Assembly (NCBI GenBank): GCA_963703315.1
Contig: OY969811.1
Span: 320,001 to 384,000, forward strand
Direction: 5' to 3'
From: an uncultured cyanobacterium
Lineage (GTDB): Bacteria; Cyanobacteriota; Cyanobacteriia; Pseudanabaenales; Pseudanabaenaceae
Length of the DNA: 64,000 nt
How positions within the stretch are numbered: position 1 is the stretch's first letter; each line of letters starts with the position of its first letter. Below are positions 53,150 to 60,930 of this stretch, one piece after another. The translations under genes were made by a program, and so were the position numbers. The notes under the pieces were generated by a model. It searched no databases. It worked only from the letters and a program-made list of their open reading frames with translations, and was not told where the DNA came from.

Positions 53150-54751
53150 ATGTGTTTGGGAGGTAAAGCGATCGCGGTCATGGATGTACTAACACAAGAA
53201 AAATCCCAAACGAGTGAATCTGAGAGTGGGAAATATACGGTGATTACTTTTGCTCCTGTGCAAGGCTTTATCGAGAAGTCCCGTAAGTTGCGCGATCTCT
53301 ATGGTGCATCGCAAATTCTCTCGTACTTAAGTTGGAAGATCGTTTGTGCGGCTAACAGTAAAAACTGTGAAGTGATTTCACCTGCGATCGCAATCGATAA
53401 TGCCTCTGAGATGGCTAATGTTGATATTGTGCAGGGTATGCCCAATCGAATTTTGATATTGGGTGATTTCTCGCATAACGATGCTCAGAAAGCTTTAACA
53501 GAAGGCTGGAAAGAAATTGTGACGGCTTGCCGTAGTTGGCTGAGAGATAATTTGCAAATTGATGATGAGGGCTGGTTTAACTCTTGGACAAGATGGCAAA
53601 TTCACGCTTGGGAAGTGTTTTGGGGTAGTGGTCAAAGTATTGAGTTTGCAATGCGCGATTTGGAAACTCGGAAGTTGCGGCGGGCTTGGACTGTTCCGAA
53701 TTGGAATGGTGAAAGTTCGAGTTTGTCGGGGCATGATGCGATCGCACATCCAAGTATGGATAATTTAGGAACGAATGAAGTAGAAATCAAAAAGTTTTAC
53801 AAGAGGCTTGCCGAAGTTCTCGATCCTTCTGGTGATGAGAACGATCGCGCTTATATCAATGAAAATGAGCGATTGAGTATTCCTGAATTAATCAAAAGAT
53901 TGGTTACTTATGAGGCGATCGCTAAAAAAATCCATCGCGATCTTTACGCGCCGACTTTTCGAGAAGTGCTTCGCAAAGATGACAAATCTGGTGCGACCTA
54001 TTGGACTGGTTGGTTTATGGGTGACGGCGATAAGGTTGGCGATCACCTCAAGAGGCTTACAGATAATGCTAGCGTCACTCAATTTAGCCAGTCTCTGAGA
54101 GCTTGGGGTAAGCAATTTCAAACAGATTTTGATAAAAAAGGTCGTGTAGTTTATGCGGGAGGAGATGATTTTCTCGGTGTGATGTATGGGGACAAACAGA
54201 CTCCTAAATTAGATAGCCGTGAAGTAATTGAATGGTTGCTGAATTTGCGTCATAGTTGGGAAAAAGGAAACCTTGGGATTACGCTCAGTGTGGGTTTTGT
54301 GTGGGCGGGGCATAGTGTACCGCAGCGTGATGTGTTGCAGCATTGCCGCGAGGCTGAGAAGTTAGCTAAGAATTTAGGGCGCGATCGCGTGACGATTCGG
54401 GTTCTGTTTAACAATGGGCAGTTTGTGCAGTGGACTACGCCTTGGAAATATTTGGAATGGTTAGCAGATTATCGCGATCGCAATGACAATACTGGCAAAG
54501 ATGCGAATTGGAGCCATGTATATACCGATCTGGCACAGCTCAAAGCTCGTCATGCGATTCCACCTGCTACTGCTGAAACAGCTAATGATGTGATCGCGCT
54601 TGAGTTGTTTGGGTTGTATTTCGGCAAAGATAAGCAGGAAACGCTCTCTCAACAACGTGGAAAAATTACAGGATCTGAAGATTCCAAATCAATGATTGAA
54701 TGGATTGACGGCATGATTAAAGTGGGGTGGCAGTTATGTTCAAATTCCTAA
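53150..54751 (+). CDS. cas10: Cas10/Cmr2, short HD-less form, type III-B variant (alternative start 53180)
   Basis: PVQGFIEKSRKLRDLYGASQILS, MGDGDKVG, VYAGGDD, TLSVG. Confidence 0.92.
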   Translation: MCLGGKAIAVMDVLTQEKSQTSESESGKYTVITFAPVQGFIEKSRKLRDLYGASQILSYLSWKIVCAANSKNCEVISPAIAIDNASEMANVDIVQGMPNRILILGDFSHNDAQKALTEGWKEIVTACRSWLRDNLQIDDEGWFNSWTRWQIHAWEVFWGSGQSIEFAMRDLETRKLRRAWTVPNWNGESSSLSGHDAIAHPSMDNLGTNEVEIKKFYKRLAEVLDPSGDENDRAYINENERLSIPELIKRLVTYEAIAKKIHRDLYAPTFREVLRKDDKSGATYWTGWFMGDGDKVGDHLKRLTDNASVTQFSQSLRAWGKQFQTDFDKKGRVVYAGGDDFLGVMYGDKQTPKLDSREVIEWLLNLRHSWEKGNLGITLSVGFVWAGHSVPQRDVLQHCREAEKLAKNLGRDRVTIRVLFNNGQFVQWTTPWKYLEWLADYRDRNDNTGKDANWSHVYTDLAQLKARHAIPPATAETANDVIALELFGLYFGKDKQETLSQQRGKITGSEDSKSMIEWIDGMIKVGWQLCSNS

Positions 54752-55803
54752 TTGTGATACGTCCTTTGGGATTGCTTTATGGCAGCGCTGGCGCATTTCT
54801 GTCTCCTGAAAACTTAGTTGGACGCTCTGGCGCAAAATTTCCACCTGATGCGGGAACGCTTTCGGGATTGATTTTGGCGACAAATCAAGAGCAGAAGTTT
54901 ACCGAGCATCAAGAGCTAAAAACTAATCTGGCTGTAGCTGGTGCTTTTTGGGCAGAGTCAGATCATCCTGAAAACTTTTTTGTGCCAATTCCTCGATCGC
55001 GCATTGTCGGCGAGAAGAATAAGGATTTTGATGAATGGGCGCTAATCAATCACAAATGGGAGCGTCAACATCCCGATCTCGATCCTGAATATCAATGGCA
55101 GAGTATCAACTCTTGGCACAAGCAAACCCCACAGCTAAAGCGTCCTGAAAAAGGCAAGTGGAATGATGTTGGTAAAACTCCTTGGGAATTTATGCCGATT
55201 TTGCATCCCTATCTCAAAGATGATGAGAAACACGTCCGCGATCGCGATGGATTGTTTTTAGAGAATGCTGTGCAGATGCGTGAAGATAGCTGTTTGGTGT
55301 ATCTCTCGACGCATAAATTGCCTGATGGTTGGTATCGCTTTGGTGGAGAAAATCACATTGTGGAAATCACTAGTCAAGCAATTACAGAGCATAGTTCGAT
55401 CTGCAAGTTACTGAAGCAGAAAATTGGGCGGAGTTTTGCGCTGATTACGCCTGCGGTATGGGGAAGCAATAATCTATCAACTCGCTATCCTAACGATGTG
55501 CGCTTTAGCAACAAGCGTCCTGAGATGCTGACCGATCGCCCTGAGCCTTGGCGTTATCGTGTGGGTAAGGGTGAGGCGCAAAACAAACGCGCCAGTAAGT
55601 TGAGCATTGGTCGCTATGCTGTGCCTGCGGGAACTGTCTATGTGGTCAAACATCCCCTCGATCTCACTTGGTGGGACTTCCCGCCTGAGTGGTTTGCGTC
55701 GGGTGAGGGGCTACCGTTGCGGCAGTTTGGTTGTGGGTTGTGCTTACCTGTGGAAATCAAAATCGAGCCTAAAGTTGAGCCTAAAGCTGACCAAAAAAAT
55801 TAA
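54736..55803 (+). CDS. cmr3: Cmr3 (Cas5 family)
   Basis: FPPDAGT, YRFGGE, LITPA, RYAVPAGTVY, terminal G-loop; follows cas10. Confidence 0.88.
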   Translation: MFKFLIVIRPLGLLYGSAGAFLSPENLVGRSGAKFPPDAGTLSGLILATNQEQKFTEHQELKTNLAVAGAFWAESDHPENFFVPIPRSRIVGEKNKDFDEWALINHKWERQHPDLDPEYQWQSINSWHKQTPQLKRPEKGKWNDVGKTPWEFMPILHPYLKDDEKHVRDRDGLFLENAVQMREDSCLVYLSTHKLPDGWYRFGGENHIVEITSQAITEHSSICKLLKQKIGRSFALITPAVWGSNNLSTRYPNDVRFSNKRPEMLTDRPEPWRYRVGKGEAQNKRASKLSIGRYAVPAGTVYVVKHPLDLTWWDFPPEWFASGEGLPLRQFGCGLCLPVEIKIEPKVEPKADQKN

Positions 55804-55821
55804 ACAAAAAGGAGAGGATTA

Positions 55822-56652
55822 ATGTACAAAAAAGCCTATGGAATTATTGAAACCCTTGCGCCTTTGCATGTTGGAGCTGCCGCAGGTGAGGAGTCTGGTA
55901 ATCTCAATTTGATTTTTCGCGATCAATTTACGCAGACGGGGATTATCGCAGGGAGTTCGATTCGCGGACGCTTTCGGGCAGATATGCGCGAGACGGAAAA
56001 GGGTTTAGAGAATACATGGTACGGACATGAATCTGTGGAGGGTAGACCTGATGGTGGGACTACGGAAGCGATCGTCAAATTTGAATATGCTTCGCTGGTT
56101 TGGTTGCCTGTATTTTGTCCAGGACAGCCTGTCGTTTGGATTAGTTGCCCAAGATTGCTTAAGCGATACAAACTGATTACTGGTTGCGATGCGCCTATTC
56201 CCAAACCTTACACGGCGGCGAAAACTCTGCGGGGTCGTCAAATTAGCGATCGCGGTACTGCTAAACAAATCCTATTTTTCAACCTTGGATTTATGGAAAT
56301 CGAGCAGCAAATCGAAGCTGAAGCAATGCAGAAATGGATTCCTACTGGTGCAGATCTGGCGGTTGAGAGTTTAGTGGTGGTTGGCGATAACGATATTGCG
56401 ATGTTGCATGACATGGCTTTGTATCGCCAGAGTCGCATCAAGATGATGGACGACATGAAAAAGGTAGATGGAGGAGCATTTTTTAATGTGGAGGCTTTGC
56501 CAGAGGGAAGCGTTTTAATATTTCCGATCGCTTTGAAGCAATCGGGCTGGAAACCTTTTGTTAATGGTGATTCGCAGGATATGTATTTTGGTGGTTTGGA
56601 GTCGGTTGGCTTTGGTCGTTGTAATGTCACACTTGCAGGAGAGTATCAGTAA
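55822..56652 (+). CDS. cmr4: Cmr4 (Cas7 family RAMP)
   Basis: PLHVG, GSSIRGRFR, EALPEG, GGLESVGFG. Confidence 0.9.
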   Translation: MYKKAYGIIETLAPLHVGAAAGEESGNLNLIFRDQFTQTGIIAGSSIRGRFRADMRETEKGLENTWYGHESVEGRPDGGTTEAIVKFEYASLVWLPVFCPGQPVVWISCPRLLKRYKLITGCDAPIPKPYTAAKTLRGRQISDRGTAKQILFFNLGFMEIEQQIEAEAMQKWIPTGADLAVESLVVVGDNDIAMLHDMALYRQSRIKMMDDMKKVDGGAFFNVEALPEGSVLIFPIALKQSGWKPFVNGDSQDMYFGGLESVGFGRCNVTLAGEYQ

Positions 56653-57056
56653 TGGCTTGGAAAACCTATGATTTGGATCGCATTGCTCAGAAGTTAGTTT
56701 TAGATGCGAAAGAACGCGATAAAGATTCTTTGGGACAAGCGTTTAAGATGCGTGTAGCTGTAGCTTATGGCTTGGAGCGCTTCTGGGGTGAGCATTTGCG
56801 CTTGCAAGGTAAGAAAGCAGATGAGCATAAAGCTAAGTATTGGAAAGAGACTTGGGATCAGCTTGTAGCAGTAATGCTAAAAGCTGGGGTAAAAATCCCC
56901 AACGATCCTGTGCAATCAGACAATGAGAAAGCTGTAAGGTCTATGGCAGAGAAACTTTGGGAAATAGACATCCAAGATCAACGGGTGGCGATCGCTGTGC
57001 TAACGCAGCTTTGTGACTGTCTGGTTTGGTGGACTCAGCGCTATAAGAAAAAATAG
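56652..57056 (+). CDS. cmr5: Cmr5/Cas11 small subunit
   Basis: Small helical protein at the expected operon position, translationally coupled to cmr4. Confidence 0.7.
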   Translation: MAWKTYDLDRIAQKLVLDAKERDKDSLGQAFKMRVAVAYGLERFWGEHLRLQGKKADEHKAKYWKETWDQLVAVMLKAGVKIPNDPVQSDNEKAVRSMAEKLWEIDIQDQRVAIAVLTQLCDCLVWWTQRYKKK

Positions 57057-57074
57057 TTTTTAGGGACTAAAAAG

Positions 57075-58784
57075 ATGTCAAATATTCCCGATGCTTATAG
57101 AAAAGTGCCGATGATGTTTCAGGCGCAAACGAATGGGCGCTGTCAATTGCAACGTCTCGATCCAGATCGTAAAAAGGATGGCGATTCGCAAGATGCTGAG
57201 ATCTGGTGTGAGGAGTGGACAAGTGAAACTTATCCTGTTGCGCCGATATTTGAGGAGCCAGTCAAAAAGCGAGAATATACGATTAGTTGGCGATTTGTGA
57301 CAAATTCGGGTCAGGATGATGGCGTGATTCGTCCTGTCATTGGTGCGTCTGGCTATCCCTTTTACCCCGGTTCGAGTATGAAGGGAGCTTTTCGTCAGGC
57401 TTGCAATCGGTTATTTAGCGATCGCCTTGGTAAATATTGCGGACAGGAGATTTCTAAGGGAGATTTCTCCCCAGGGATTTTGCGCTTTCATGGTGGTTAT
57501 CCTGTAGATAGCAGTTGGACTGATGGGTTAGTTGATCTCATTCATCCACAGCAAAAGTTACAGGTAATGAATAGTGAAAAAGAAGGAGCCAAAATCCAAA
57601 TTTCACTCTATCAACCCACAATTCAATTTGGGATTTCGGCTTCGGAGGAGCTTGATGAATCTGAGTGGGAGGAGATCTGGCAGATTTGGGAAGCGGCGCT
57701 GGGGCGTGGGATTGGTTGTCGGGTTTCCGCAGGTTATGGTCATCGCGATCAATTAAAGGGTGAGTTGTTGTATCCGCCGCATCTGTTGAAAGGGCAAGGA
57801 ATGGCATCTAAGCGCTTAGATGAATCTGGCGAGTTTCGTCCCAATATTTTTCGGGCGGCGATTCGTGGTCATGCGTTACGGATTTTTGGTGGTTTGACGG
57901 ATGCAGAGACAGCAAAGCGAGAAGTCGAGAGAATTTTTGGCGGTGTTTCAGGGCATGGTGTATGGGGCTTATTGATGATGAACTTTGTGACAACTAGCCT
58001 TGATGAGCAAATGTTTGGCAATGAACCTAGCTATCAAGTAGAAGGAGAACTAGGCTGGTTACTATCACAAGATCTTTCAGAAGAACGTAAAACTGCTTTA
58101 AAAAATCTAATCCTACATCTAAATCAATTTGCCATGATCTTTGGTGGTTTTGGTAAATCATGGCGCAGAGCCGATCATCGGTTATTTTATGAGAAATATT
58201 ATAGGCAGCATAATAAAAAATATCTGATCGGCTGTCATTGGGAATGGGAAGGTGAATTTCGCCGTGATGTTAAGGTTTATAACCTCAGTCATATTTCTGC
58301 TTTTTTAAATCAGTTGCAAAATGTAGCTAAAATCTGGCTAAAACTACAAGGCGTAAAGATTGGAACAAGCTATGCAGATGATTGGCGAGAATCATGGCAC
58401 GTTGACAATGTGCAGGTTTGGGGCAGGCGTGCAGATGATGATTTAGATTCTGAAGCTATTTATTGGTTACATGGAGATTATCAAGATGCAGATAAAAGGA
58501 TGCGTATTCCTGCATTATCTATTAAGCAATCATCTGTTACAGGAGGGCAAATTGGGCAACGACAAATACAGATCGGGCGACTGTGGCATCGAATGTATCC
58601 TTTAAAAAAGCAAGTTCGAGATCCTAATGATTCAACAAAATGGCTTGTAAAAGATACTAATCAATATATTGAACTATTGACAATTTTCCCTGATAAATCT
58701 GACAAATGCTTAGATTTTCTCGATTTCTTGGCTGATGATAGTCCGTTTGAACAGCTATGGGGAAAGCCTTGGGAAATAGAATAG
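57075..58784 (+). CDS. Double-RAMP protein (Cmr6-Cmr1 fusion)
   Basis: First RAMP: YPGSSMKGAFR...GIGCRVSAGYG; second RAMP: FRAAIR...FGG...GGFGKSWRR. Confidence 0.8.
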   Translation: MSNIPDAYRKVPMMFQAQTNGRCQLQRLDPDRKKDGDSQDAEIWCEEWTSETYPVAPIFEEPVKKREYTISWRFVTNSGQDDGVIRPVIGASGYPFYPGSSMKGAFRQACNRLFSDRLGKYCGQEISKGDFSPGILRFHGGYPVDSSWTDGLVDLIHPQQKLQVMNSEKEGAKIQISLYQPTIQFGISASEELDESEWEEIWQIWEAALGRGIGCRVSAGYGHRDQLKGELLYPPHLLKGQGMASKRLDESGEFRPNIFRAAIRGHALRIFGGLTDAETAKREVERIFGGVSGHGVWGLLMMNFVTTSLDEQMFGNEPSYQVEGELGWLLSQDLSEERKTALKNLILHLNQFAMIFGGFGKSWRRADHRLFYEKYYRQHNKKYLIGCHWEWEGEFRRDVKVYNLSHISAFLNQLQNVAKIWLKLQGVKIGTSYADDWRESWHVDNVQVWGRRADDDLDSEAIYWLHGDYQDADKRMRIPALSIKQSSVTGGQIGQRQIQIGRLWHRMYPLKKQVRDPNDSTKWLVKDTNQYIELLTIFPDKSDKCLDFLDFLADDSPFEQLWGKPWEIE

Positions 58785-58862
58785 TTGATGAAGATGATGG
58801 GTTACGCTGTCGCTAACCCATCCTACGGTTGATTCACTATAGAGAAAGAAGACTATAAAACT

Positions 58863-59468
58863 ATGGCTTACAGTGATTTTACGGTTGAACAAATTATAGA
58901 TAAGTTCTCTCTCGATTTTGTTGAGCAGGACTTGTTTGCATCTTCAAAAAGTACGATTCAGGCTAGTAGTTGGTTATTGGAAACCCTTGCGAAGGGTAAG
59001 AAATTTGCGCTCACGACTAGCAGCGAAAAGGCAAAATCTGAGTTTATTATTGCGCCAATTTTGTTGGAAGTAGAGGCGCATTTTTCGACACAGTTGGCTA
59101 TTTATTCGGGCAAAAACCTTGATAGCGATCGCGAGGCGGGACTGGTAGGAGAATGTGATTTTATTCTTGGTAAGGGTACGACTTCAACTTTTATTAGCAC
59201 GCCAATTATGACGATCGTTGAGGCTAAGCGCGATAACTTGGAGAATGGGTTAGGGCAATGTGCTGCTCAAATGTATGGGGCAATTCGCTATAACCAAAAG
59301 CATGGTGAAACCTTGGATAAGGTCTATGGATGTGTGACGACGGGCAATTTATGGCAGTTTTTGAAGTTAGAAAATAAGTTGCTGACTCTTGATAGTAATG
59401 TTTTCTATCTCAATGAGCTTGATCGGATTTTGAGTTGTTTTAGTACGATCATCACTGAGTTTCTGTAG
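58863..59468 (+). CDS. PD-(D/E)xK-like (HsdR_N-like) cyanobacterial protein
   Basis: GECDF, IVEAK, GLGQC, YGCVTTG.LWQF. Confidence 0.7.
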   Translation: MAYSDFTVEQIIDKFSLDFVEQDLFASSKSTIQASSWLLETLAKGKKFALTTSSEKAKSEFIIAPILLEVEAHFSTQLAIYSGKNLDSDREAGLVGECDFILGKGTTSTFISTPIMTIVEAKRDNLENGLGQCAAQMYGAIRYNQKHGETLDKVYGCVTTGNLWQFLKLENKLLTLDSNVFYLNELDRILSCFSTIITEFL

Positions 59469-59499
59469 TCTTTTTTGTAAATCTTGGAGCTTAATCAAG

Positions 59500-60894
59500 A
59501 TGTCTGTAGTTTGGATTGTGACGACGGGTAATAGTGATGTCAAGCTGACAGATGATACTGGCTCGACACATTTGCTAGATAAAAAAGGTGAGCAGTTATA
59601 TTACTGTGGATTTTCTGCATCAGACGATAGTGATGATAGTGATGTCACACTGTTTACTTTGCCTGCAAGGGTAATGGGAATTAGCTATGGTGATGCAATT
59701 GGAACACATTGGGATCGTTTGACTTTTCCTTTGTTGGATGGATTTTGTCAGGAATTTAAGACTGAGAAAAGGAATAAGCCCGATCGCATTATTGTTTTGC
59801 TGACCGATCAGGAGGCGATTTTTGATGATTACAGTCGAGGTGATGCTGCTTGTCCTTATTGGCAGGATACATATACGCTTCAGCCAATTTTGAAGCATTA
59901 TTTTTCGCAAGTGTTTGGTGAAAAATTTGCTAATGAAAAGATTGAATTTTCGGTTTTGAAGCCGCAACAGGGGGCGGATGGGTTAGATGATTGGGATGCG
60001 ACATTGACGCTAGTAAAGGCGGAGTTGGCGAGGTGGGAAGAAAATAAGTGGATTTCTAAGAGCGATCGCGTGATTGTTAGTCATCAGGCGGGGACTCCTG
60101 CAATTTCTTCGGCAGTACAGTTAACTTGTTTGATTCGCTTTGGTAAAAAGGTGGAATTTCTGGTTAGCAGTGAGTTAGATCCAGATAGGACTAAGTTTTT
60201 AAAGGGTTCGTCCTATTTTGAGACGTTGCAATTTAAGAAGTTAGAGGATTTGCTAGCAAGGGATGATTATGCTGGGGTTGCTAGTGTTGTGGACAGTCTG
60301 GGTTTAGAAGATTCTGTGCTGAAGGTGAAGTTGGATCATTTACTCGAACTGGCGAAGTTGTGGAATGCAGCTAAGTTTGATGAGTTTGCTAACAGGATGG
60401 AATTGGTGACCTCTAGTCGAGTTAGGGAATGGTGGTGGAAGGGCTATGAGATGGCTTATCTGGCTGTGGTGAGGATGAAAAATGGTGATCCAACTGAGGC
60501 GCTTTTTCATAGTGTGAGAGCGATCGAGGGGTTGATTTGTGAATGGGCGATTCATAAAGAAAGGCGATCGGATTTGTATGGAAAGAGTTTGTATGATTTG
60601 TTCAAATTAAGAAACCCTGAGTCTAATAGTCTGCCGATTAAGGTTGTTTGGTCAAAGTTAGCTTCTGTCAGAAATAAGCTATTCCATACTTTGCGAGGTA
60701 TTTCGGCTGAGGAGGTTTGGGATGCTTGGGATGAAAACTCAAAATCTGACTGGGAAAATAGAATGTTTACTTGTCTTAATTTTGTAACTAGGAATGATAG
60801 ATCTCAAGAGTTTAAATCTCTGAAAGATGCTAGTTTGATGTCACAGGTGCATAAGGATTTGGAGGAAGTGATTAAGGCGATCGCTTCTTATTAG
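59500..60894 (+). CDS. Putative CARF-HEPN type III effector (Csx1/Csm6-like)
   Basis: Rossmann-like start WIVTTGNSD, VSHQAGTPAISSA; C-terminal RAIE and RNKLFH (RxxxxH). Confidence 0.7.
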   Translation: MSVVWIVTTGNSDVKLTDDTGSTHLLDKKGEQLYYCGFSASDDSDDSDVTLFTLPARVMGISYGDAIGTHWDRLTFPLLDGFCQEFKTEKRNKPDRIIVLLTDQEAIFDDYSRGDAACPYWQDTYTLQPILKHYFSQVFGEKFANEKIEFSVLKPQQGADGLDDWDATLTLVKAELARWEENKWISKSDRVIVSHQAGTPAISSAVQLTCLIRFGKKVEFLVSSELDPDRTKFLKGSSYFETLQFKKLEDLLARDDYAGVASVVDSLGLEDSVLKVKLDHLLELAKLWNAAKFDEFANRMELVTSSRVREWWWKGYEMAYLAVVRMKNGDPTEALFHSVRAIEGLICEWAIHKERRSDLYGKSLYDLFKLRNPESNSLPIKVVWSKLASVRNKLFHTLRGISAEEVWDAWDENSKSDWENRMFTCLNFVTRNDRSQEFKSLKDASLMSQVHKDLEEVIKAIASY

Positions 60895-60930
60895 CTGATG
60901 AGTTATTGTCAGTTTTGGCTATCAAAATTA

